From an uncultured Candidatus Saccharibacteria bacterium (GTDB lineage: Bacteria; Patescibacteriota; Dojkabacteria; CAZCSM01): a stretch of DNA of 64,000 nt. The position numbers were made by a program, and so were the translations under genes. Below the pieces are notes generated by a model. The model saw nothing but the letters and a program-made list of their open reading frames with translations, did no database searches and was not told the DNA's origin. Shown here one piece after another: positions 20,026 to 29,317 of the stretch. Every line of letters begins with the position of its first letter. Within the stretch, counting starts at the first letter, position 1. Location of the stretch: the NCBI GenBank assembly GCA_964501355.1, contig CAZCSM010000004.1, positions 3,340-67,339 of the forward strand, written 5' to 3'.

Positions 20026-21591
20026 TTATACCAATTCCAATTCCTCTAAATATTTTTTCATCTTCTTTCTCGATTCCTCAACCAGCTCTTCCAATTCTTC
20101 TATCTCACCATGAACAGTCTTAATATCAACAGTCTCTTCTTCTTCAAAAGTATCAACATATCGAGGAATGTTAAGGTTATAATCATTCTCTTTAATTTCT
20201 TTAATGTTTGCTCTATACGAATATTTTTCAATCGTTTCAAAATCTCGGTAAGTTTTTACAATCTTATCAATATCCTCTTTTCTCAATTTATTCTGATTCT
20301 TCCCGTCAGCAAATTCACGACTAGCATCAATAAACAAAACATCATCTGTAGTCTTCGCTTTATTAAAAACAAGAATTGCAGCAGGAATACCCGTCCCGAA
20401 GAACAAGTTGGAAGGAATCCCAATAACAGCTTCAATCAAGTTCTCTTTCAAGAATTGCTCTCGAATCTTACCTTCCGCACTACCTCGAAATAAAACACCA
20501 TGAGGAACAACAACACCGACTTTACCAGTCTCGTTAATCGTTTCAACCATATGAGAAATAAAAGCATAGTCACCTTTACCCGTTGGGGGCATTCCTCGCC
20601 AGAATCGCTTGTATCTGTCGCTCTCCACATCTTCAGCACCCCATTTCTTCAAAGAAAACGGAGGATTAGCAACAACATAATCAAACTTCATCAACTTATC
20701 ACCTTCAAAAAGAAGAGGATTACGAATCGTATCCCCCCACTCAATCCTTGCACTATCCATATCATGCAAGAACATATTCATCTTACACAAAGCCCAAGTG
20801 CTACCATTGCTCTCCTGTCCGTAAAGAGAAAAGTCTCTGCCACCAACCTCATTCGCAACACGAATAAGCAAAGAACCAGAACCGCAAGTAGGGTCACAAA
20901 TGCGACTGCCCTCTTTAGGACTTAACAATTTCGCAATCAAAATGGAAACTTCAGCAGGAGTATAAAACTCACCACCCTTTTTACCAGCATCACTAGCAAA
21001 TCGAGAAATGAGATATTCATAAGTGTTGCCGATTATATCCTCAATACCCACATTAGACGGCCTCAGGTCCATTCTCTCGTCCGCGAAATCCTCAAGTAGA
21101 TGTTTCAATCGTGAGTTCCTATCTTTGGTCTGTCCGAGATTTGATTCTGAATTGAAATCAATGTTTCGAAAGACACCTTCAAGCTTGTCCTTATTTGCAT
21201 CTTCTATTGCATAAAGGGCCTTATTTATCTTCTCTCCAATATCAGTATCCTTTCGATGCTCAAAGAGATAATAAAAGTCTGAGTTTTCAGGAATCTGGAA
21301 ACGCTCATTACGCATCACACGCTCAACACGCTGCCCATCCCCATTATACTTCTCGAGAAGTGTTTCCTTTCTATCCTTCCACACATCACTCAGGTACTTA
21401 ACGAAGAGCATTACAAGTATGTAGTTCTTGTACTCAGAAGGGTCAACAACCCCACGAAAAGTATCACACGCCTTCCACGCAATAGAATTAATCTCTTTTT
21501 GAGAAATATTTGAATCTTTCATCTGTCCTTGCAACAAATTGATTAAATTTTGAAACATTTTTATTATATTACAAAATTCATCCAAAAGCAC
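20026..21591 (-). CDS. hsdM: Type I restriction-modification N6-adenine DNA methyltransferase subunit
   Basis: N-terminal HsdM_N. SAM-binding motif ICDPTCGSGSLL and catalytic motif VVANPPFS (NPPF). Confidence 0.9.
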   Translation of the reverse strand: MLLDEFCNIIKMFQNLINLLQGQMKDSNISQKEINSIAWKACDTFRGVVDPSEYKNYILVMLFVKYLSDVWKDRKETLLEKYNGDGQRVERVMRNERFQIPENSDFYYLFEHRKDTDIGEKINKALYAIEDANKDKLEGVFRNIDFNSESNLGQTKDRNSRLKHLLEDFADERMDLRPSNVGIEDIIGNTYEYLISRFASDAGKKGGEFYTPAEVSILIAKLLSPKEGSRICDPTCGSGSLLIRVANEVGGRDFSLYGQESNGSTWALCKMNMFLHDMDSARIEWGDTIRNPLLFEGDKLMKFDYVVANPPFSLKKWGAEDVESDRYKRFWRGMPPTGKGDYAFISHMVETINETGKVGVVVPHGVLFRGSAEGKIREQFLKENLIEAVIGIPSNLFFGTGIPAAILVFNKAKTTDDVLFIDASREFADGKNQNKLRKEDIDKIVKTYRDFETIEKYSYRANIKEIKENDYNLNIPRYVDTFEEEETVDIKTVHGEIEELEELVEESRKKMKKYLEELELV

Positions 21592-21653
21592 TTGACATTG
21601 TTTTTAGTTATTTGCTATACTTTCAGTGTTCAGTTAAGACTTAAGTATTTATT

Positions 21654-21956
21654 ATGGAAACATTTGGAGAAGTTATAAGAAACTATCGAGTCCAAAAAGA
21701 AATGACCTTACGTGAATTATCGGAAAGAGTTGGCGTATCACCATCGTTCATCTCAATGATGGAGAATAACAAGAATTTGGGTACAGCAAGCGAAGAGACA
21801 ATTTGTAAAATGGCGTCAGTTCTAGGAATCAATGAGCTCAAGCTTCTCAATTTAGCTGAGAAGGTTCCCGAAAAAGAACTGGTTCAGCTAAAGCAAAACG
21901 CTTTAGCATTTTTTAGAGATGATTTACAGAGCCGAAAAAGTAAAATGGTTAGATAA
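21654..21956 (+). CDS. XRE-family helix-turn-helix transcriptional regulator
   Basis: HTH_3-like segment MTLRELSERVGVSPSFISMMENNK. Transcribed divergently from hsdM. Confidence 0.7.
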   Translation: METFGEVIRNYRVQKEMTLRELSERVGVSPSFISMMENNKNLGTASEETICKMASVLGINELKLLNLAEKVPEKELVQLKQNALAFFRDDLQSRKSKMVR

Positions 21957-22644
21957 GAAAGATATTGAATCTACTACTAACAAAATTATTAAAATAACCT
22001 GCCCAAACAGGAAGCCTTTCACCCCCATCAACACGGAACAAGTAATCATATATATTCAAAATCGCTATGACAAAAAGTTACAGCTTTGGACAGGAAAGAT
22101 TTCTGAAGGACTTGATGGAAAATACGAGCTTTCCGAAAATGGATATAGAATCATCACAATCAATGAGAATCTTTATAACAATCCCACAGAATCCCTTGAA
22201 CATATAATAGCCCATGAATTTGGACATTATTGGTATCACACGACATATTTAAAACAGATAATGCAGCAAAAGAACATTCTAGGAGCCGCATTCCCCAGCA
22301 CTAGCAATCGTAAGCTATTTTCAAATTACAGTGATGCAGAATGGCAAGCCGATTACTTCTCAGGGGCATTGAGATTACCAAGTGATGAAGTATATGCCAA
22401 GCATTCTTCAATGTTTGACAATCTGGGGATTCTGGGTAAATTTCAAAACAATAGTGCATTATATAGATACATTGGAGAAGATGCGACACATACAACATTA
22501 GAGCATTGGGCAAAAGAATTTGGTGTAACACCATTCTGCTTATCAGTAAGAATGTTCTATATTGGAATATTAGATGCTGGGGGTAGAAGCTTTATTTCAT
22601 ATGACAGAAAGAGCAGAAAGGTTATTGAGGGTTTCGCATATTAA
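21919..22644 (+). CDS. ImmA/IrrE-family zinc metallopeptidase
   Basis: HEXXH motif IIAHEFGHYWYH. Partner of the upstream XRE regulator, with the gene overlap typical of such pairs. Confidence 0.7.
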   Translation: MIYRAEKVKWLDKKDIESTTNKIIKITCPNRKPFTPINTEQVIIYIQNRYDKKLQLWTGKISEGLDGKYELSENGYRIITINENLYNNPTESLEHIIAHEFGHYWYHTTYLKQIMQQKNILGAAFPSTSNRKLFSNYSDAEWQADYFSGALRLPSDEVYAKHSSMFDNLGILGKFQNNSALYRYIGEDATHTTLEHWAKEFGVTPFCLSVRMFYIGILDAGGRSFISYDRKSRKVIEGFAY

Positions 22645-22765
22645 AAAATTTTAAGACAAATGTTCAGTGAACGCTTAACATATTAAAGCTATAAAACCCC
22701 AGTTCTTGTACAACTGGGGCAAATGATAGAGCAAACAATTAGTTTATTTTAGTAGGACAAACATC

Positions 22766-23941
22766 ATGTTAGACACTATCAGCTTGATTCTATACGGCAA
22801 GCAACTCAAAATCAACCCCGAAGACGACGGTTGCGTTGAATACATTGGGAATGCACTATATAAACCAACACTAGAACAAGCAACCCCCAAAGGATACATT
22901 ATAAATCGTTCCAAAAAGGTTAAGCACCTTAAGAAGAACAAACCCGAATGGGCGTACTCAATCAGAATTGACGAAAGCAATCCAAGAGGACGACAAATCC
23001 GTGTAAACATAGAGTTTTCTATTCCCAAACTTATATTAGGAAGCAGTCTGTATGAGGTTGAGCTGAACGAAGAAAACTACAATAAACTAATCAATAAACT
23101 TTATACCGAACTATCCCCTCATATAATTGACCTATCTAAAAATGACCTTGAAACTTCCGTAATTAAACGAATAGACTTTTGTAGGAATATCATTCTTCCA
23201 GAGAAGGATTCAGAGATTAACTGGATAATAGGGATTCTTGCAACGTATGACTTAAATGCGAGATATGATTTATCGAAGAAAGACTATCAAAACGATGAAA
23301 GAAAAGGTACATCAATAAGCTTTTTCAACAAAAGCCAAGCAATAAAATTTTACAATAAATTAGAAGAGATTCAGAATCTAAAATCCCTCACCCTTACAGA
23401 ACAAACACTCAAAAAAACACTGGATAAAAGAACAACCTCAAGCCAAGTTTTTCGTATAGAAAGAAGTCTACAACGATATCAAACTGTAAATTACGTTCTG
23501 TCAAAATTCATTGATAAGAAAAACAAATTCATACTCAAAGACGTATGGAATGAGGAGATGGCAAAAAAGCTTCTGATAGAACTTGTGGAAGACATTGTGG
23601 ACAAGAACATAAGTTTATTCACATGTTTTCAAAGCCCCGATGATGCAACGCTAATTAATGACTTGCTAAAAGCTTTTTCACTCGGAGACGTTTCAAAGAT
23701 TTACATGATGAAAAAGCTCGTTGACCAAGTTGGAACAACAGGAACAAAGAAATTACTACGAAAGCATATCTCAAGAGGAGCATATGACTATACACTTAGG
23801 AAGCTACTTGCAGCAAGCAAGGTTTTGGAAAAAGAGAAAGCGATATCTATTGGAAGTACATGGAGCAACATACTCGGTCAACTACGAAACAATGAATTTA
23901 TTACTTCCGAAAATTGGCAAGATAAAATACTAGATGATTGA
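22766..23941 (+). CDS. putative rolling-circle replication initiator (Rep_trans-like)
   Basis: 391 aa. KGTSISFFNKSQAIKFYNKLEEI and VFRIERSLQRY resemble the 'G.R.s....r.YdK..E' and 'R.E' blocks of the Rep_trans family. Recalled from memory, not a search. Confidence 0.4.
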   Translation: MLDTISLILYGKQLKINPEDDGCVEYIGNALYKPTLEQATPKGYIINRSKKVKHLKKNKPEWAYSIRIDESNPRGRQIRVNIEFSIPKLILGSSLYEVELNEENYNKLINKLYTELSPHIIDLSKNDLETSVIKRIDFCRNIILPEKDSEINWIIGILATYDLNARYDLSKKDYQNDERKGTSISFFNKSQAIKFYNKLEEIQNLKSLTLTEQTLKKTLDKRTTSSQVFRIERSLQRYQTVNYVLSKFIDKKNKFILKDVWNEEMAKKLLIELVEDIVDKNISLFTCFQSPDDATLINDLLKAFSLGDVSKIYMMKKLVDQVGTTGTKKLLRKHISRGAYDYTLRKLLAASKVLEKEKAISIGSTWSNILGQLRNNEFITSENWQDKILDD

Positions 23942-24116
23942 TAAGCATACAGCAAGAACAACATTAGGAACTGAAGCAACTTACATGTCGGACGAGCAAA
24001 TCGATTCCATTCTGAATATGTTTTACTCTTTCGCTGAAGTTGCTTATGAAGAATATACTCGGAAAAGGTTGGCAAATAATACAATAGTAATTTATAATAA
24101 AAATGGAGACTGTTAA
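23934..24116 (+). CDS. hypothetical small protein
   Basis: 60-aa ORF between the Rep-like gene and the serine recombinase gene. It sits where a small recombination-directionality or accessory protein could be, but there is no direct evidence. Confidence 0.2.
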   Translation: MIDKHTARTTLGTEATYMSDEQIDSILNMFYSFAEVAYEEYTRKRLANNTIVIYNKNGDC

Positions 24117-24169
24117 ATAAGCAAGGGCTGCCAGAACAACTGTTCAGGTTGTTTTGATTTAGGGGGTAT

Positions 24170-25744
24170 TTGCTCTGTCCTTGCGACAGTCTCCAAAATG
24201 CAGATGCCCCCTTAGTCATATTTGGCATTATGGATAAACCAAACGCAATTTTATACACGAGAGTATCCTCAGAACGACAAGTTGAAAACACTAGTCTTGA
24301 TGAGCAGGAAAAATATGGTAAGCAATATTGTGATAAAAAAGGACTCCATCTAGTGAGTGTTTTCCGAGAAGAAGGAGAATCGGCCAAGACGGACGATAGA
24401 ACACAATTAAAAAACGCACTTGCATATTGTTCTTCAAAAAAGAATGATATTAAATTCTTCCTAGTTTATCGGTATGACAGATTTTCCCGTTCTGTAGAAC
24501 ATCACCATAGTCTCAAAGCCGCACTAAGTAATTGGGGGGTTAGAGTAGTCTCGATGACTGAAGAAGTTGATGACTCTCCAGAAGGTAAGTTTCTCGAAAA
24601 CATTCTTGCCGCAGTTGCACAACTAGATAATGACAATCGTTCTGTTAAATCAAGCAATGGAATGAAGGCTATTTTGGAACAAGGACTCTGGCCATTTCCC
24701 CCACCCTACGCATACATAAAAGGCAAAGAAAACATCAACAAAGTAAACCCTCTTATTCCCGACCCAGAAAGATTCGACCTAATCAAAAAGGGATGGCAAA
24801 TGATGCTAACAGGAAGATACAAAAGCGTAGAAATCGTAAAAGAGCTTAATAATCAAGGATGTACGACAAGAACTGGGAAAAAGATGACTGAGGGACTAAT
24901 ATCCAGAGTGTTTAATAATCCGTTCTATGCAGGACAAATAAACTGCCCTAAATTTAATATTAAGGAAATTGAAGGGAAACACATGCCAATGATTAGCATT
25001 GAAGAGTTCTACAGAGTCCAAAAAATTATCAGTGACCAATCAACATCAAAGAAAGTTCCTCATAGCAAATATAATCCCGATTTTCCTCTCAATAAGATAA
25101 TATACTGCACGCACTGCGGAAGAGTTCTAACAGGAAGTTGGGCAAAGAAACATCTGGGACTTGGTTATTATAGATGTCTAAATTCAGAATGTAATAACAG
25201 AGACGGCAATAGTAAGGATGGTATTGAAGAAAGCTTTATAGAATTACTTAGAAGAATTAAGCCAACTGAAAAGCTACAACAACTATTTAGATTGGTGGTA
25301 AAAGACGTTTTTGAAAATAAGTTATCAGAGAAAGTTTCTTCCAAAAAGACAATCGAACAAAATCTACGAAAACTTGAAGAACAGAAGGTAAGAATTGAAG
25401 AACTATTGGAACAAGGTGTTTATGATGTTGATAAATATCGACTGAAGATATCAAAAATCTCACCAGAAATAGAAACTCTGAAGATTAACATATCTGAAAC
25501 AAACATAGAGATTTACGACCTTGAAACCTATGTGAATTACGCACTTCAATTTATTAACAATTTACCAGACTACTGGTTACAACTTCCGCCAGAAGCGAAA
25601 CATAAACTTAATTGGGCGATTTTCCCTAAAGGGTTAAAGATTCAAAATGGGAAAGTTACAACCGACGAATTAGCCAGTATTTATACAGATATTCAGGAGA
25701 TTGCGAAGCATAGGGTTACAAATGGTGGGCCTTCTGAGATTTGA
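24170..25744 (+). CDS. large serine recombinase (resolvase/invertase catalytic domain + recombinase domain + zinc ribbon)
   Basis: N-terminal catalytic domain with AILYTRVSSERQ (catalytic Ser) and FLVYRYDRFSRS. Recombinase domain and a Cys-rich ribbon (CTHCGR...C...C). C-terminal coiled coil. The likely start is the internal MDKPNA. The 3' end overlaps the tRNA by 22 nt. Confidence 0.8.
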   Translation: MLCPCDSLQNADAPLVIFGIMDKPNAILYTRVSSERQVENTSLDEQEKYGKQYCDKKGLHLVSVFREEGESAKTDDRTQLKNALAYCSSKKNDIKFFLVYRYDRFSRSVEHHHSLKAALSNWGVRVVSMTEEVDDSPEGKFLENILAAVAQLDNDNRSVKSSNGMKAILEQGLWPFPPPYAYIKGKENINKVNPLIPDPERFDLIKKGWQMMLTGRYKSVEIVKELNNQGCTTRTGKKMTEGLISRVFNNPFYAGQINCPKFNIKEIEGKHMPMISIEEFYRVQKIISDQSTSKKVPHSKYNPDFPLNKIIYCTHCGRVLTGSWAKKHLGLGYYRCLNSECNNRDGNSKDGIEESFIELLRRIKPTEKLQQLFRLVVKDVFENKLSEKVSSKKTIEQNLRKLEEQKVRIEELLEQGVYDVDKYRLKISKISPEIETLKINISETNIEIYDLETYVNYALQFINNLPDYWLQLPPEAKHKLNWAIFPKGLKIQNGKVTTDELASIYTDIQEIAKHRVTNGGPSEI

Positions 25745-25799
25745 ACTCAGGACCCCTGCTTTATAAGAACAGTGCTCTCACCAACTGAGCTAAAGGCCC
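25723..25799 (-). tRNA. tRNA with anticodon TAT (tRNA-Ile, AUA-reading)
   Basis: The reverse complement is GGGCCTTTAGCTCAGTTGGTGAGAGCACTGTTCTTATAAAGCAGGGGTCCTGAGTTCAAATCTCAGAAGGCCCACCA. It has a 7-bp acceptor stem, a canonical D-arm and T-arm, the anticodon loop CTTATAA with U33 and A37, and an encoded CCA. Confidence 0.6.
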
Positions 25800-25877
25800 A
25801 CACAGACTCCGTCAAAGAGTCTTCGAAATTGTACGATAAAACGGAAATATAATCAACCCAAACTCATGATTATCTAT

Positions 25878-28334
25878 CTAGAAAGGACTTGGCGGCGGTG
25901 TCAAATCGGGACCTGGAGTCGATTCTTCTTCCGCACCTCGCTGTGCCATCTCAGCTTCCACAAGCTCTCTATCACGACCATATCGAAGACGAGACAACTG
26001 CCTGATCATCTCAGCTGTTTTCTTGTCCGAAGGGAAACGACTCTTATCAAACCAAGTTGAGATAGAAAATGGTGTTGGATATTCACTATTTATTAATAAT
26101 TTTACGTAAGCATTCACATTCTCCAAGTTAACAAGATCATTCTCATCAAAGACCGGATAAAATTCGTTTTTCAAGTACTGGGCATCGTTAACACCAACCT
26201 TGAAACTGACGATTGAACCAATGTTACCAAAAACGGCATCTCGGATTTTCTCCTGAACCTGAGAAATGTACTGGTTTGCAACGATGAGGCCCAGCCCATA
26301 CTTTCTAGCCTCTGACAAAATCTGTGCGAAATCTTCCGTCGCGAAATTCTGAAACTCATCAACGTAAAGGAAGAAAGGTTTTCGGTCCTCTTTGTCAATG
26401 TCAGCACGACTCATGGCCGCAGACAGAATCTTCGGAACAATTAAGAGACCCAGGAACTGTGCATTCTCTTCACCAATAATTCCTTTTGAAAGATTAATTA
26501 ACAATATCTTCTGCTCATCCATCACCTTTCTAAAATCAAAAGATGATTTTGACTGACCGATGATATTTCGCATTAATTTGTTCGTTACGAACCTATCAAA
26601 CTTTGAAACAATATATCCCAGAATTTCGGATTTATGATATTGAGCGGTCTGCGCCTGTTCTTCCGTCCAATATTGTTTAACCATTTCATCTTTTATTTTC
26701 GGGATGAGTTTATCGACAAACTTTTGGGAAATCAGTATTCTTACAACTTCGACAAGTGTATATCCCTCTCCCGCCTCCATGGCGGTTAACATAGCATTTC
26801 TGACAGCACGTTCTAATCTCGGGCCAACAATACCCTGGCCATTCGGGTCAAAAAGTTTAATAAGAAGTCCGATAAATGCATTTACAACGCGATGTCGATC
26901 CTGCTCGTTATATGCTTCCATAATATTGAAAGCAACCGGTCTCTCGGTGTCACTCGGATCAAAAACGATTACATCCTCTATTCTTTCAGGAGGAATTCTA
27001 TCCATTATCCACTCGATAGCATCACCATGAGGATCCATGAATGCAACACCGTTGCCATTCATAATATCCTGAAGAGCCATACTCTGGATAAAGTATGATT
27101 TGCCGGAACCAGTCTTACCAACAACATACATATGTCGAAGACGATCCTCTACATTATCAAAGTAAACAGATCGCTCTTTTCCTCGATAGATATTCGTTCC
27201 CAGCCAAATTGAACCCTCATCGGGAACTTCTGCCGCTGCCGGAGCACGTTTCGACTTTAACCAGTGAATGTTCGGGACAGTAATCTCCTTATTAGGTAAG
27301 TGAAATATCGTCGCTAATTCATCAACGGTTAGAACGGAAGCCTGTTTTGCATTAGGATATCGAAATAGAAAATCAAACACGAACTGCTTTCTCTCCCAAG
27401 GCATCAACTTCTTGAACTTATACTTGGAGAATTTATTCATGTTTGGGCGAGAGAACTGCTCAAATGTACCAATCAAGTTGCTTAATAAGGTTTTCGACAC
27501 AGCTTTTGATTGTCCAACTGCAACTAGTCTTACATTCGTTGCAAACCCTGTCTTTGAACACTTCATTTCAATTCCTCTTAAGACATCTTCGGGAACATTA
27601 ATGTTCTTTTTTTCAGGATCAGAATTATAGTCTTTAACTTTATTCAAATACCCAATACCCGCATCTCGCCAAGTATCCGAAGATGGTGTTATTAATATCT
27701 GTACTGCAGTGGACTCACCTTCCGTCAGCTTGCTCATTGAGGTGAATATTGCACCAACGCCATCGATTGCCAGCTCATTATATGTTTGAATTGGATAGTG
27801 ATTATCCTTCTTTAATTTTAAACTCTCAAATGAAACAGAAGCTCCTTCGGAAAAGATATTATATTCATCGGTGATAACAACCTCGGATGGAGGATATGAA
27901 CCAAGAATCTGTTTCTCAACAAGTTCCTTCAACTCCTTAGGACAAGAAACGTACATACGAATACTTTCTGGAAAGGCAACAATTTCAAAAGAAATGTAAT
28001 CACTAAGTTTCAGTTTGCCACCCTCACTTATGGATGACAATCCTGAGAACATTTGTTCTGCGGCACTAATCTCAATCTCGTTACTTTGTGCTATACGTAT
28101 TTCAAAAAGAACTGATTCATAAGATCTCTTTTCTCTCTTGTTGTTCATATATGACTTGATTGCCCACAATACGAATCCAATAATTGCGAGGACAATACCA
28201 ATAAATACAACGATCATGAGATAGAAAATCGGATTTTGAGGAATTAGTCCCGTCGGAACGACGGGTGTTGAAGTAACATTATTTGTCCCAGTTAACGGGA
28301 CATTGTATTGGGCAGATATTACAAACACGTTCAT
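25878..28334 (-). CDS. VirB4/TraC-like (DUF87/AAA_10, FtsK-HerA superfamily) membrane-anchored ATPase
   Basis: 818 aa. N-terminal TM. Walker A MYVVGKTGSGKSYF at about aa 400 and Walker B-like FFLYVDEFQNF. The size and motif spacing fit type IV secretion/conjugation VirB4-class ATPases. A VirD4/TraG coupling protein is not excluded. Confidence 0.55.
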   Translation of the reverse strand: MNVFVISAQYNVPLTGTNNVTSTPVVPTGLIPQNPIFYLMIVVFIGIVLAIIGFVLWAIKSYMNNKREKRSYESVLFEIRIAQSNEIEISAAEQMFSGLSSISEGGKLKLSDYISFEIVAFPESIRMYVSCPKELKELVEKQILGSYPPSEVVITDEYNIFSEGASVSFESLKLKKDNHYPIQTYNELAIDGVGAIFTSMSKLTEGESTAVQILITPSSDTWRDAGIGYLNKVKDYNSDPEKKNINVPEDVLRGIEMKCSKTGFATNVRLVAVGQSKAVSKTLLSNLIGTFEQFSRPNMNKFSKYKFKKLMPWERKQFVFDFLFRYPNAKQASVLTVDELATIFHLPNKEITVPNIHWLKSKRAPAAAEVPDEGSIWLGTNIYRGKERSVYFDNVEDRLRHMYVVGKTGSGKSYFIQSMALQDIMNGNGVAFMDPHGDAIEWIMDRIPPERIEDVIVFDPSDTERPVAFNIMEAYNEQDRHRVVNAFIGLLIKLFDPNGQGIVGPRLERAVRNAMLTAMEAGEGYTLVEVVRILISQKFVDKLIPKIKDEMVKQYWTEEQAQTAQYHKSEILGYIVSKFDRFVTNKLMRNIIGQSKSSFDFRKVMDEQKILLINLSKGIIGEENAQFLGLLIVPKILSAAMSRADIDKEDRKPFFLYVDEFQNFATEDFAQILSEARKYGLGLIVANQYISQVQEKIRDAVFGNIGSIVSFKVGVNDAQYLKNEFYPVFDENDLVNLENVNAYVKLLINSEYPTPFSISTWFDKSRFPSDKKTAEMIRQLSRLRYGRDRELVEAEMAQRGAEEESTPGPDLTPPPSPF

Positions 28335-28340
28335 ATTATA

Positions 28341-28790
28341 TTAACTTACTTTTTCCATCACTCTCGCAAGCCAAATCTTTAACCAATCATCTGACTTTTC
28401 TAAATCTATTTTAGTTGAAACACCTAAATTATCAAGGATCCTTTTCGGAATTTGATAACCATAATATTTAACGGGGACACCAGAGTCATCATCGTCGTTA
28501 TCGTCATTTGCAGCCATCGCAGCATCATCTGCTGCAGCTGCAGCGGCGGCACCAGTTTTCTGAACTTCACCACGTTCTCTTTCTAAATCTTCCTTATATT
28601 TCTCTATCTGACCCAAAACAGCAGCTTCTGGAGTTTGACGGATTTTAATTTCTCCATAAACATCTTCTTCCGTCTTCTCCATAGACCCCAACTGCTCAGC
28701 CAAGAGCTCAGGATCTAAATCTGGAGATATGACATCCTCAGATTCGATTTTCTTTTTTTGTAAAGTTTCCTCCGTGGGCTTTGCTATCAT
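28341..28790 (-). CDS. hypothetical acidic protein
   Basis: 149 aa with a poly-Ala/Asp low-complexity centre. Lies immediately downstream of the VirB4-like gene. Confidence 0.3.
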   Translation of the reverse strand: MIAKPTEETLQKKKIESEDVISPDLDPELLAEQLGSMEKTEEDVYGEIKIRQTPEAAVLGQIEKYKEDLERERGEVQKTGAAAAAAADDAAMAANDDNDDDDSGVPVKYYGYQIPKRILDNLGVSTKIDLEKSDDWLKIWLARVMEKVS

Positions 28791-28858
28791 GGTTTATACG
28801 TTTAATATCACACAAAAAAATTGTACCACATTAGAAAAATTTTAACTACATGTTAAAA

Positions 28859-29317
28859 TTAAGAGACTCCCTTCAGCTCTCTTTTGAGATCAAGTTTTTG
28901 ATCTTCCGCTTGTAAATGTTTCTTCTTTCCTGCTATTTTTCGTCCTTTCCCCAGCCCGATTTTCACCTTTATTAGAGAACCCTTCAAATATACGGATAAA
29001 GGAACTATTGCACATCCCTCTTGAGCTACCTTAAGAAATAGATCCTCGGTTTCTTTTTTCTTTAACAGTAATTTTCTCGAACGCGCGGGATCATAGTCGC
29101 TCAAAGTATCACCCTTCCACTTGGAAATATTAGCATTTATTAAAAACAAAGAACTTCCTATCGGCTTGACGTAGCTTTCCTTTAGGTTGATTTTACCTTC
29201 TTTAATGGATTTAACTTCACCGCCGGAAAGAACAATCCCCGTCTCTATCTCATCAAGAATTTCGTAATTGAAAAAAGCTTTTTTATTCCGCGCAAGAGTC
29301 TTACTCATCGATGTCAA
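28859..29317 (-). CDS. smpB: SsrA-binding protein
   Basis: KKAFFNYEILDEIETGIVLSGGEVKSIKEGKINLKESYV and the C-terminal basic tail match SmpB. Confidence 0.85.
   Translation of the reverse strand: MTSMSKTLARNKKAFFNYEILDEIETGIVLSGGEVKSIKEGKINLKESYVKPIGSSLFLINANISKWKGDTLSDYDPARSRKLLLKKKETEDLFLKVAQEGCAIVPLSVYLKGSLIKVKIGLGKGRKIAGKKKHLQAEDQKLDLKRELKGVS

Noticed and set aside
28790-28860. Searched the smpB vicinity for tmRNA (ssrA)
   Set aside because: The flanks lack the tRNA-Ala-like acceptor/T-arm sequences and the tag reading frame. ssrA is presumably elsewhere in the genome.
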